This document shows positions 11,001 to 25,358 of a DNA stretch of 64,000 nucleotides, piece after piece. This DNA is from Antedon mediterranea (taxonomy: Eukaryota; Animalia; Echinodermata). Each line of letters begins with the position of its first letter. The stretch's first letter is position 1. The translations under genes were made by a program, and so were the position numbers. The notes under the pieces were generated by a model. It was not told the DNA's origin. It saw only the letters and a list, made by a program, of their open reading frames with translations, and did no database searches. Location of the stretch: the NCBI RefSeq assembly GCF_964355755.1, contig NC_092675.1, positions 13,325,812-13,389,811 of the forward strand. Reading direction: 5' to 3'.

Positions 11001-14000
11001 ACACCAAAGTGCTTAGAATAGCTTCAAATCGTATTTGGAGACGTTTTAGACCATTTTGAGATTTTCGAAAAAACTTGGTTACACAAAAACATCAAAGTGC
11101 TTAAAATCACATTATAAACCGTTTTAGACCATTTTGAGCATTTCGGTAACACTTTTCACACAAAAACATCAAAGAGCACAAAATAGCTTAATATCGTATT
11201 TAAAAACGTTTTAGACCATTTTGAGCCTTTAGACAAAACTTTTTCACACAAAACACCAAAGTGCTTAGAATAGCTTCAAATCGCATTTGGAGACGTTTTA
11301 GACCATTTTGTGCATTTCGATGAAACTTGGTTACACAAAAACATCAAAGTGCTTAAAATCACATTATAAATCGTTTTAGACCATTTTGAGCATTTCGACA
11401 AAACTTTTTCACACAAAATACCAAAGTGCTTAGAATAGCTTCAAATCGCATTTGGAGACGTTTTAGACCATTTTGTGATTTTCGAAAAAACTTTTTAACA
11501 TAAAAACACCAAAGTGCTTAGAATAGCTTCAAATCACATTTGGAGACGTTTTAGACCATAAGTGCTTAGAATCACATTATAAACCGTTTTAGACCATTTT
11601 GAGCATTTCGATAACAATTTTCACACAAAAACATCAAAGAGCACAAAATAGCTTAATATCGTATTTAAAAATGTTTTAGACCATTTTGAGCATTTAGATA
11701 AAACTTTTTCACACAAAACACCAAAGTGCTTAGAATAGCTTCAAATCGCATTTGGAGACGTTTTAGACCATTTTGTGATTTTTGAAAAAACTTGTTAACA
11801 TAAAAACACCAAAGTGCTTAGAATAGCTTCAAATCACATTTGGAGACGTTTTAGACCATTTTGTGATTTTCGAAAAAACTTGTTAACATAAAAACACGAA
11901 AGTGCTTAGAATAGCTTCAAATCGCATTTGGAAACGTTTTAGACCATTTAGTGATTTTCGAAAAAACTTGTTAACATAAAAACACGAAAGTGCTTAGAAT
12001 AGCTTCAAATCGCATTTGGAAACGTTTTAGACCATTTTGTGATTTTCGAAAAAAATTGTTAACATAAAAACACCAAAGTGTTTAGAATAGCTTCAAATCG
12101 CATTTGGAGACGTTTTAGACCAATTTGTGATTTTCGAAAAAACTTATCAACATAAAAACACGAAAGTGCTTAGAATAGCTTCAAATCGCATTTGGAAACG
12201 TTTTAGACCATTTTGTGATTTTCGAAAAAACTTGTTAACATAAAAACATAAAAGTGCTTAGAATAGCTTCAAATCGTATTTGGAGACGTTTTAGACCATT
12301 TTGAGATTTTCGAAAAAAACTGTTAACATAAAAACACCAAAGTGCTTAGAATAGCTTCAAATCGCATTTGGAGATGTTTTAGAACATTTTGTGTTCTTCG
12401 AAAAAACCTGTTAACATAAAAACACCAAAGTGCTTAGAATAGCTTCAAATCGCATTTGGAGACGTTTTAGACCATTTTGTGATTTTTGAAAAAACTTGTT
12501 AACATAAAAACACCAAAGTGCTTAGAATAGCTTCAAATCACATTTGGAGACGTTTTAGACCATTTTGTGATTTTCGAAAAAACTTGTTAACATAAAAACA
12601 CGAAAGTGGTTAGAATAGCTTCAAATCGCATTTGGAAACGTTTTAGACCATTTTGTGATTTTCGAAAAAGATTGTTAACATAAAAACACCAAAGTGCTTA
12701 GAATCACAATATAAACCGTTTTAGACCATTTTGAGCATTTCGATAACAATTTTCACACAAAAACATCAAAGAGCACAAAATAGCTTAATATCGTATTTAA
12801 AAATGTTTTAGACCATTTTGAGCATTTAGATAAAACTTTTTCACACAAAACACCAAAGTGCTTAGAATAGCTTCAAATCGCATTTGGAGACGGTTTAGAC
12901 CATTTTGTGATTTTGAAAAAACTTGTTAACATAAAAACACCAAAGTGCTTAGAATAGCTTCAAATCGCATTTGGAGACGTTTTAGACCATTTTGTGATTT
13001 TCGAAAGAACTTGTTAACATAAAAACACCAAAGTGCTTAGAATAGCTTCAAATCGTATTTGGAGACGTTTTAGACCATTTTGAGATTTTCGAAAAAACTT
13101 GGTTACACAAAAACATCAAAGTGCTTAAAATCACATTATAAACCGTTTTAGACCATTTTGAGCATTTCGATAACACTTTTCACACAAAAACATCAAAGAG
13201 CACAAAATAGCTTAATATCGTATTTAAAAACGTTTTAGACCATTTTGAGCATTTCGACAAAACTTTTTCCCACAAAACACCAAAGTGCTTAGAATAGCTT
13301 CAAATCGCATTTGGAGACGTTTTAGACCATTTTGTGATTTTCGAAAAAACTTGTTAACATAAAAACATCAAAGTGTACAGAATAACTTCAAATCGCATTT
13401 GGAGACCGTTTTAGGCCAATTTGTGATTTTCGAAAAAACTTGTTAACCTAAAAATACCAAAGTGTTTAGAATAGCTTCAAATCGCATTTGGAGACGTTTT
13501 AGAACATTTTGTGATTTTCGAAAAAACTTGTTAACATAAAAACACCAAAGTGCTTCAAATCGCATTTGGAGACATTTTAGACCAATTTGTGATTTTTGAA
13601 AAAACTTGTTAACATAAAAACACCAAAGTGCTTACAATAGCTTCAAATCGTATTTGGAGACGTTTTAGACCATTTTGTGATTTTCGAAAAAACTTGTTAA
13701 CATAAAAACACCAAAGTACTTAGAATAGCTTCAAATCGCATTTGGAGACGTTTTAGACCATTTTATGCATTTCGATGAAACTTGGTTACACAAAAACATC
13801 AAAGTGCTTAAAATCACATTATAATCCGTTTTAGACCATTTTGAGCATTTCGATAACACTTTTCACACAAAAACATCAAAGAGCACAAAATAGCTTAATA
13901 TCGTATTTAAAAACTTTTTAGACCATTTTGAGCATTTCGACAAAACTTTTTCACACAAAACACCAAAGTGCTTAGAATAGCTTCAAATCGCATTTGGAGA

Positions 14001-17000
14001 CGTTTTAGACCATTTTGTGATTTTCGAAAAAAATTGTTAACATAAAAACACGAAAGTGCTTAGAATAGCTTCAAATCGCATTTGGAAACGTTTTAGACCA
14101 TTTTGTGATTTTCGAAAAAAATTGTTAACATAAAAACACCAAAGTGTTTAGAATAGCTTCAAATCGCATTTGGAGACGTTTTAGACCAATTTGTGATTTT
14201 CGAAAAAACTTATCAACATAAAAACACCAAAGGGTTTAGAATAGCTTCAAATCGCATTTGGAGACGTTTTAGACCATTTTGTGATTTTGAAAAAACTTGT
14301 TAACATAAAAACACCAAAGTGCTTAGAATAGCTTCAAATCGCATTTGGAGACGTTTTAGACCATTTTGTGATTTTCGAAAAAACTTGTTAACATAAAAAC
14401 ACCAAAGTGCTTAGAATAGCTTCAAATCGTATTTGGAGACGTTTTAGACCATTTTGAGATTTTCGAAAAAAATTGGTTACACAAAAACATCAAAGTGCTT
14501 AAAATCACATTATAAACCGTTTTAGACCATTTTTAGCATTTCGGTAACACTTTTCACACAAAAACATCAAAGAGCACAAAATAGCTTAATATCGTATTTA
14601 AAAACGTTTTAGACCATTTTGAGCATTTAGACAAAACTTTTTCACACAAAACACCAAAGTGCTTAGAATAGCTTCAAATCGCATTTGGAGACGTTTTAGA
14701 CCATTTTGTGCATTTCGATGAAACTTGGTTACACAAAAACATCAAAGTGCTTAAAATCACATTATAAATCGTTTTAGACCATTTTGAGCATTTCGACAAA
14801 ACTTTTTCACACAAAATACCAAAGTGCTTAGAATAGCTTCAAATCGCATTTGGAGACGTTTTAGACCATTTTGTGATTTTCGAAAAAACTTTTTAACATA
14901 AAAACACCAAAGTGCTTAGAATAGCTTCAAATCACATTTGGAGACGTTTTAGACCATAAGTGCTTAGAATCACATTATAAACCGTTTTAGACCATTTTGA
15001 GCATTTCGATAACAATTTTCACACAAAAACATCAAAGAGCACAAAATAGCTTAATATCGTATTTAAAAATGTTTTAGACCATTTTGAGCATTTAGATAAA
15101 ACTTTTTCACACAAAACACCAAAGTGCTTAGAATAGCTTCAAATCGCATTTGGAGACGTTTTAGACCATTTTGTGATTTTTGAAAAAACTTGTTAACATA
15201 AAAACACCAAAGTGCTTAGAATAGCTTCAAATCACATTTGGAGATGTTTTAGACCATTTTGTGATTTTTGAAAAAACTTGTTAACATAAAAACACGAAAG
15301 TGCTTAGAATAGCTTCAAATCACATTTGGAGACGTTGTAGACCATTTTGTGATTTTTGAAAAAACTTGTTAACATAAAAACACGAAAGTGCTTAGAATAG
15401 CTTCAAATCGCATTTGGAAACGTTTTAGACCATTTTGTGATTTTCGAAAAAGATTGTTAACATAAAAACACCAATGTGCTTAGAATCACAATATAAACCG
15501 TTTTAGACCATTTTGAGCATTTCGATAACAATTTTCACACAAAAACATCAAAGAGCACAAAATAGCTTAATATTGTATTTATAAATGTTTTAGACCATTT
15601 TGAGCATTTCGACAAAACTTTTTCACACAAAACACCAAAGTGCTTAGAATAGCTTCAAATCGCATTTGGAGACGTTTTTTATACCATTTTGTGATTTCGA
15701 TGAAACTTGATTACACAAAAACATCAAAGTGCTTAAAATCACATTATAAACCGTTTTAGACCATTTTGAGCATTTCGATAACACTTTTCACACAAAAACA
15801 TCAAAGAGCACAAAATAGCTTAATATCGTATTTAAAAACGTTTTAGACCATTTTGAGCATTTAGACAAAACTTTTTCACACAAAACACCAAAGTGCTTAG
15901 AATAGCTTCAAATCGCATTTGGAGACGTTTTAGACCATTTTGTGCATTTCGATGAAACTTGATTACACAAAAACATCAAAGTGCTTAAAATCACATTATA
16001 AACCGTTTTAGACCATTTTGAGCATTTCGATAACACTTTTCACACAAAAACATCAAAGAGCACAAAATAGCTTAATATCGTATTTAAAAACGTTTTAGAC
16101 CATTTTGAGCATTTAGACAAAACTTTTTCACACAAAACACCAAAGTGCTAAGAATAGCTTCAAATCGCATTTGGAGACGTTTTAGAACATTTTGTGTTTT
16201 TCGAAAAAAACTGTTAACATAAAAACACCAAAGTGCTTAGAATAGCTTCAAATCGCATTTGGAGACGTTTTAGAACATTTTGTGTTCTTCGAAAAAACCT
16301 GTTAACATAAAAACACCAAAGTGCTTAGAATAGCTTCAAATCGCATTTGGAGACGTTTTAGACCATTTTGTGATTTTTGAAAAAACTTGTTAACATAAAA
16401 ACACCAAAGTGCTTAGAATAGCTTCAAATCACATTTGGAGACGTTTTAGACCATTTTGTGATTTTCGAAAAAACTTGTTAACATAAAAACACGAAAGTGC
16501 TTAGAATAGCTTCAAATCGCATTTGGAAACGTTTTAGACCATTTTGTGATTTTCGAAAAAGATCGTTAACATAAAAACACCAAAGTGCTTAGAATCACAA
16601 TATAAACCGTTTTAGACCATTTTGAGCATTTCGATAACAATTTTCACACAAAAACATCAAAGAGCACAAAATAGCTTAATATCGTATTTAAAAATGTTTT
16701 AGACCATTTTGAGCATTTAGATAAAATTTTTCACACAAAACACCAAAGTGCTTAGAATAGCTTCAAATCGCATTTGAAGACGGTTTAGACCATTTTGTGA
16801 TTTTGAAAAAACTTGTTAACATAAAAACACCAAAGTGCTAAGAATAGCTTCAAATCGCATTTGGAGACGTTTTAGACCATTTTGTGATTTTCGAAAAAAC
16901 TTGTTAACATAAAAACACCAAAGTGCTTAGAATAGCTTCAAATCGTATTTGGAGACGTTTTAGACCATTTTGAGATTTTCGAAAAAACTTGGTTACACAA

Positions 17001-20000
17001 AAACATCAAAGTGCTTAAAATCACATTATAAACCGTTTTAGACCATTTTGAACATTTCGATAACACTTTTCACACAAAAACATCAAAGAGCACAAAATAG
17101 CTTAATATCGTATTTAAAAACGTTTTAGACCATTTTAAGCATTTCGACAAAACTTCTTCACACAAAACACCAAAGTGCTTAGAATAGCTTCAAATCGCAT
17201 TTGGAGACGTTTTAGACCAATTTGTGCATTTCGATGAAACTTGATTACACAAAAACATCAACGTGCTTAAAATCACATTATAAACCGTTTTAGACCATTT
17301 TGAGCATTTCGATAACACTTTTCACACAAAAACATCAAAGAGCACAAAATAGCTTAATATCGTATTTAAAAACGTTTTAGACCATTTTGAGCATTTAGAC
17401 AAAACTTTTTCACACAAAACACCAAAGTGCTTAGAATAGCTTCAAATCGCATTTGGAGACGTTTTAGACCATTTTGTGCATTTCGATGAAACTTGGTTAC
17501 ACAAAAACATCAAAGTGCTTAAAATCACATTATAAATCGTTTTAGACCATTTTGAGCATTTCGACAAAACTTTTTCACACAAAATACCAAAGGGCTTAGA
17601 ATAGCTTCAAATCGCATTTGGAGACGTTTTAGACCATTTTGTGATTTTCGAAAAAACTTTTTTAACATAAAAAGACAAAAGTGCTTAGAATAGCTTCAAA
17701 TCACATTTGGAGACGTTTTAGACCATTTTGTGATTTTCGAAAAAACTTGTTAACATAAAAACACGAAAGTGCTTAGAATAGCTTCAAATCGCATTTGGAA
17801 ACGTTTTAGACCATTTTGTGATTTTCGAAAAAAATTGTTAACATAAAAACACCAAAGTGCTTAGAATCACATTATAAACCGTTTTAGACCATTTTGAGCA
17901 TTTCGATAACAATTTTCACACAAAAACATCAAAGAGCACAAAATAGCTTAATATCGTATTTAAAAATGTTTTAGACCATTTTGAGCATTTAGATAAAACT
18001 TTTTCACACAAAACACCAAAGTGCTTAGAATAGCTTCAAATCGCATTTGGAGACGGTTTAGACCATTTTGTGATTTTGAAAAAACTTGTTAACATAAAAA
18101 CACCAAAGTGCTTAGAATAGCTTCAAATCGCATTTGGAGACGTTTTAGACCATTTTGTGATTTTCGAAAGAACTTGTTAACATAAAAACACCAAAGTGCT
18201 TAGAATAGCTTCAAATCGTATTTGGAGACGTTTTAGACCCTTTTGAGATTTTCGAAAAAACTTGGTTACACAAAAACATCAAAGTGCTTAAAATCACATT
18301 ATAAACCGTTTTAGACCATTTTGAACATTTCGATAACACTTTTCACACAAAAACATCAAAGAGCACAAAATAGCTTAATATCGTATTTAAAAACGTTTTA
18401 GACCATTTTGAGCATTTCGACAAAACTTTTTCACACCAAAGTGCTTAGAATAGCTTCAAATCGCATTTGGAGACGTTTTAGACCATTTTGTGATTTTCGA
18501 AAAAACTTATCAACATAAAAACACCAAAAGGTTTAGAATAGCTTCAAATCGCATTTGGAGACGTTTTAGACCATTTTGTGATTTTTGAAAAAACTTGTTA
18601 ACATAAAAACACCAAAGTGCTTAGAATAGCTTCAAATCACATTTGGAGACGTTTTAGACCATTTTGTGATTTTCGAAAAAACTTGTTAACATAAAAACAC
18701 GAAAGTGCTTAGAATAGCTTCAAATCGCATTTGGAAACGTTTTAGACCATTTTGTGATTTTCGAAAAAGATTGTTAACATAAAAACACCAAAGTGCTTAG
18801 AATCACAATATAAACCGTTTTAGACCATTTTGAGCATTTCGATAACAATTTTCACACAAAAACATCAAAGAGCACAAAATAGCTTAATATCGTATTTAAA
18901 AATGTTTTAGACCATTTTGAGCATTTAGATAAAATTTTTCACACAAAACACCAAAGTGCTTAGAATAGCTTCAAATCGCATTTAGAGACGGTTTAGACCA
19001 TTTTGTGATTTTGAAAAAACTTGTTAACATAAAAACACCAAAGTGCTTAGAATAGCTTCAAATCGCATTTGGAGACGTTTTAGACCATTTTGTGATTTTC
19101 GAAAAAACTTGTTAACATAAAAACACCAAAGTGCTTAGAATAGCTTCAAATCGCATTTGGAGACGTTTTAGACCATTTTGTGATTTTCGAAAAAACTTGT
19201 TAACATAAAAACACCAAAGTGCTTAGAATAGCTTCAAATCGTATTTGGAGACGTTTTAGACCATTTTGAGATTTTCGAAAAAACTTGGTTACACAAAAAC
19301 ATCAAAGTGCTTAAAATCACATTATAAACCGTTTTAGACCATTTTGAGCATTTCGATAACACTTTTCACACAAAAACATCAAAGAGCACAAAATAGCTTA
19401 ATATCGTATTTAAAAACGTTTTAGACCATTTTGAGCATTTCGACAAAACTTTTTCACACAAAACACCAAAGTGCTTAGAATAGCTTCAAATCGCATTTGG
19501 AGACGTTTTAGACCAATTTGTGCATTTCGATGAAACTTGATTACACAAAAACATCAAAGTGCTTAAAATCACATTATAAACCGTTTTAGACCATTTTGAG
19601 CATTTCGATAACACTTTTCACACAAAAACATCAAAGAGCACAAAATAGCTTAATATCGTATTTAAAAACGTTTTAGACCATTTTGAGCATTTAGACAAAA
19701 CTTTTTCACACAAAACACCAAAGTGCTTAGAATAGCTTCAAATCGCATTTGGAGACGTTTTAGAACATTTTGTGTTTTTCGAAAAAAACTGTTAACATAA
19801 AAACACCAAAGTGCTTAGAATAGCTTCAAATCGCATTTGGAGACGTTTTAGAACATTTTGTGTTCTTCGAAAAAACCTGTTAACATAAAAACACCAAAGT
19901 GCTTAGAATAGCTTCAAATCGCATTTGGAGACGTTTTAGACCATTTTGTGATTTTTGAAAAAACTTGTTAACATAAAAACACCAAAGTGCTTAGAATAGC

Positions 20001-23000
20001 TTCAAATCACATTTGGAGACGTTTTAGACCATTTTGTGATTTTCGAAAAAACTTGTTAACATAAAAACACGAAAGTGCTTAGAATAGCTTCAAATCGCAT
20101 TTGGAAACGTTTTAGACCATTTTGTGATTTTCGAAAAAGATTGTTAACATAAAAACACCAAAGTGCTTAGAATCACAATATAAACCGTTTTAGACCATTT
20201 TGAGCATTTCGATAACAATTTTCACACAAAAACATCAAAGAGCACAAAATAGCTTAATATCGTATTTAAAAATGTTTTAGACCATTTTGAGCATTTAGAT
20301 AAAATTTTTCACACAAAACACCAAAGTGCTTAGAATAGCTTCAAATCGCATTTGAAGACGGTTTAGACCATTTTGTGATTTTGAAAAAACTTGTTAACAT
20401 AAAAACACCAAAGTGCTAAGAATAGCTTCAAATCGCATTTGGAGACGTTTTAGACCATTTTGTGATTTTCGAAAAAACTTGTTAACATAAAAACACCAAA
20501 GTGCTTAGAATAGCTTCAAATCGTATTTGGAGACGTTTTAGACCATTTTGAGATTTTCGAAAAAACTTGGTTACACAAAAACATCAAAGTGCTTAAAATC
20601 ACATTATAAACCGTTTTAGACCATTTTGAACATTTCGATAACACTTTTCACACAAAAACATCAAAGAGCACAAAATAGCTTAATATCGTATTTAAAAACG
20701 TTTTAGACCATTTTAAGCATTTCGACAAAACTTTTTCACACAAAACACCAAAGTGCTTAGAATAGCTTCAAATCGCATTTGGAGACGTTTTAGACCAATT
20801 TGTGCATTTCGATGAAACTTGATTACACAAAAACATCAACGTGCTTAAAATCACATTATAAACCGTTTTAGACCATTTTGAGCATTTCGATAACACTTTT
20901 CACACAAAAACATCAAAGAGCACAAAATAGCTTAATATCGTATTTAAAAACGTTTTAGACCATTTTGAGCATTTAGACAAAACTTTTTCACACAAAACAC
21001 CAAAGTGCTTAGAATAGCTTCAAATCGCATTTGGAGACGTTTTAGACCATTTTGTGCATTTCGATGAAACTTGGTTACACAAAAACATCAAAGTGCTTAA
21101 AATCACATTATAAATCGTTTTAGACCATTTTGAGCATTTCGACAAAACTTTTTCACACAAAATACCAAAGGGCTTAGAATAGCTTCTAATCGCATTTGGA
21201 GACGTTTTAGACCATTTTGTGATTTTCGAAAAAACTTTTTTAACATAAAAAGACCAAAGTGCTTAGAATAGCTTCAAATCACATTTGGAGACGTTTTAGA
21301 CCATTTTGTGATTTTCGAAAAAACTTGTTAACATAAAAACACGAAAGTGCTTAGAATAGCTTCAAATCGCATTTGGAAACGTTTTAGACCATTTTGTGAT
21401 TTTCGAAAAAAATTGTTAACATAAAAACACCAAAGTGCTTAGAATCACATTATAAACCGTTTTAGACCATTTTGAGCATTTCGATAACAATTTTCACACA
21501 AAAACATCAAAGAGCACAAAATAGCTTAATATCGTATTTAAAAACGTTTTAGACCATTTTGAGCATTTCGACAAAACTTTTTCACACAAAACACCAAAGT
21601 GCTTAGAATAGCTTCAAATCGCATTTGGAGACGTTTTAGACCAATTTGTGCATTTCGATGAAACTTGATTACACAAAAACATCAACGTGCTTAAAATCAC
21701 ATTATAAACCGTTTTAGACCATTTTGAGCATTTCGATAACACTTTTCACACAAAAACATCAAAGAGCACAAAATAGCTTAATATCGTATTTAAAAACGTT
21801 TTAGACCATTTTGAGCATTTAGACAAAACTTTTTCACACAAAACACCAAAGTGCTTAGAATAGCTTCAAATCGCATTTGGAGACGTTTTAGACCATTTTG
21901 TGCATTTCGATGAAGCTTGGTTACACAAAAACATCAAAGTGCTTAAAATCACATTATAAATCGTTTTAGACCATTTTGAGCATTTCGACAAAACTTTTTC
22001 ACACAAAATACCAAAGGGCTTAGAATAGCTTCAAATCGCATTTGGAGACGTTTTAGACCATTTTGTGTTTTTCGAAAAAACTTTTTAACATAAAAACACC
22101 AAAGTGCTTAGAATAGCTTCAAATCACATTTGGAGACGTTTTAGACCATTTTGTGATTTTCGAAAAAACTTGTTAACATAAAAACACGAAAGTGCTTAGA
22201 ATAGCTTCAAATCGCATTTGGAAACGTTTTAGACCATTTTGTGATTTTCGAAAAAAATTGTTAACATAAAAACACCAAAGTGCTTAGAATCACATTATAA
22301 ACCGTTTTAGACCATTTTGAGCATTTCGATAACAATTTTCACACAAAAACATCAAAGAGCACAAAATAGCTTAATATCGTATTTAAAAATGTTTTAGACC
22401 ATTTTGAGCATTTAGATAAAACTTTTTCACACAAAACACCAAAGTGCTTAGAATAGCTTCAAATCGCATTTGGAGACGTTTTAGACCATTTTGTGATTTT
22501 TGAAAAAACTTGTTAACATAAAAACACCAAAGTGTTAGAATAGCTTCAAATCACATTTGGAGACGTTTTAGACTATTTTGTGATTTTCGAAAAAACTTGT
22601 TAACATAAAAACACCAAAGTGCTTAGAATAGCTTCAAATCGTATTTGGAGACGTTTTAGACCATTTTGAGATTTTCGAAAAAACTTGGTTACACAAAAAC
22701 ATCAAAGTGCTTAAAATCACATTATAAACCGTTTTAGACCATTTTGAGAATTTCGATAACACTTTTCACACAAAAACATCAAAGAGCACAAAATAGCTTA
22801 ATATCGTATTTAAAAACGTTTTAGACCATTTTGAGCATTTCGACAAAACTTTTTCACACAAAACACCAAAGTGCTTAGAATAGCTTCAAATCGCATTTGG
22901 AGACGTTTTAGACCAATTTGTGCATTTCGATGAAACTTGATTACACAAAAACATCAAAGTTCTTAAAATCACATTATAAACCGTTTTAGACCATTTTGAG

Positions 23001-23234
23001 CATTTCGATAACACTTTTCACACAAAAACATCAAAGAGCACAAAATAGCTTAATATCGTATTTAAAAACGTTTTAGACCATTTTGAGCATTTAGACAAAA
23101 CTTTTTCACACAAAACACCAAAGTGCTTAGAATAGCTTCAAATCGCATTTGGAGACGTTTTAGACCATTTTGTGCATTTCGATGAAACTTGGTTACACAA
23201 AAACATCAAAGTGCTTAAAATCACATTATAAAAC

Positions 23235-23857
23235 GTTTTAGACCATTTTGAGCATTTCGACAAAACTTTTTCACACAAAATACCAAAGTGCTTAGAATAG
23301 CTTCAAATCGCATTTGGAGACGTTTTAGACCATTTTGTGATTTTCGAAAAAACTTTTTAACATAAAAACACCAAAGTGCTTAGAATAGCTTCAAATCACA
23401 TTTGGAGACATTTTAGACCATAAGTGCTTAGAATCACAATATAAACCGTTTTAGACCATTTTGAGCATTTCGATAACAATTTTCACACAAAAACATCAAA
23501 GAGCACAAAATAGCTTAATATCGTATTTAAAAATGTTTTAGACCATTTTGAGCATTTCGACAAAACTTTTTCACACAAAATACCAAAGTGCTTAGAATAG
23601 CTTCAAATCGCATTTGGAGACGTTTTAGACCATTTTGTGATTTTCGAAAAAACTTTTTAACATAAAAACACCAAAGTGCTTAGAATAGCTTCAAATCACA
23701 TTTGGAGACATTTTAGACCATAAGTGCTTAGAATCACAATATAAACCGTTTTAGACCATTTTGAGCATTTCGATAACAATTTTCACACAAAAACATCAAA
23801 GAGCACAAAATAGCTTAATATCGTATTTAAAAATGTTTTAGACCATTTTGAGCATTT
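23235..23857 (+). repeat. 300-bp tandem duplication (4 monomers: 87+88+38+87)
   Basis: Sequence lines starting 23281/23581, 23341/23641, 23401/23701 and 23461/23761 are identical. Confidence 0.93.
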
Positions 23858-25358
23858 AGATAAAACTTTTTCACACAAAACACCAAAGTGCTTAGAATAG
23901 CTTCAAATCGCATTTGGAGACGGTTTAGACCATTTTGTGATTTTGAAAAAACTTGTTAACATAAAAACACCAAAGTGCTTAGAATAGCTTCAAATCGCAT
24001 TTGGAGACGTTTTAGACCATTTTGTGATTTTCGAAAAAACTTGTTAACATAAAAACACCAAAGTGCTTAGAATAGCTTCAAATCGTATTTGGAGACGTTT
24101 TAGACCATTTTGAGATTTTCGAAAAAACTTGGTTACACAAAAACATCAAAGTGCTTAAAATCACATTATAAACCGTTTTAGACCATTTTGAACATTTCGA
24201 TAACACTTTTCACACAAAAACATCAAAGAGCACAAAATAGCTTAATATCGTATTTAAAAACGTTTTAGACCATTTTGAGCATTTCGACAAAACTTTTTCA
24301 CACAAAACACCAAAGTGCTTAGAATAGCTTCAAATCGCATTTGGAGACGTTTTAGACCAATTTGTGCATTTCGATGAAACTTGATTACACAAAAACATCA
24401 ACGTGCTTAAAATCACATTATAAACCGTTTTAGACCATTTTGAGCATTTCGATAACACTTTTCACACAAAAACATCAAAGAGCACAAAATAGCTTAATAT
24501 CGTATTTAAAAACGTTTTAGACCATTTTGAGCATTTAGACAAAACTTTTTCACACAAAACACCAAAGTGCTTAGAATAGCTTCAAATCGCATTTGGAGAC
24601 GTTTTAGACCATTTTGTGCATTTCGATGAAGCTTGGTTACACAAAAACATCAAAGTGCTTAAAATCACATTATAAATCGTTTTAGACCATTTTGAGCATT
24701 TCGACAAAACTTTTTCACACAAAATACCAAAGGGCTTAGAATAGCTTCAAATCGCATTTGGAGACGTTTTAGACCATTTTGTGATTTTCGAAAAAACTTT
24801 TTAACATAAAAACACCAAAGTGCTTAGAATAGCTTCAAATCACATTTGGAGACGTTTTAGACCATTTTGTGATTTTCGAAAAAACTTGTTAACATAAAAA
24901 CACGAAAGTGCTTAGAATAGCTTCAAATCGCATTTGGAAACGTTTTAGACCATTTTGTGATTTTCGAAAAAAATTGTTAACATAAAAACACCAAAGTGCT
25001 TAGAATCACATTATAAACCGTTTTAGACCATTTTGAGCATTTCGATAACAATTTTCACACAAAAACATCAAAGAGCACAAAATAGCTTAATATCGTATTT
25101 AAAAATGTTTTAGACCATTTTGAGCATTTAGATAAAACTTTTTCACACAAAACACCAAAGTGCTTAGAATAGCTTCAAATCGCATTTGGAGACGTTTTAG
25201 ACCATTTTGTGATTTTTGAAAAAACTTGTTAACATAAAAACACCAAAGTGTTAGAATAGCTTCAAATCACATTTGGAGACGTTTCAGACCATTTTGTGAT
25301 TTTCGAAAAAACTTGTTAACATAAAAACACGAAAGTGCTTAGAATAGCTTCAAATCGA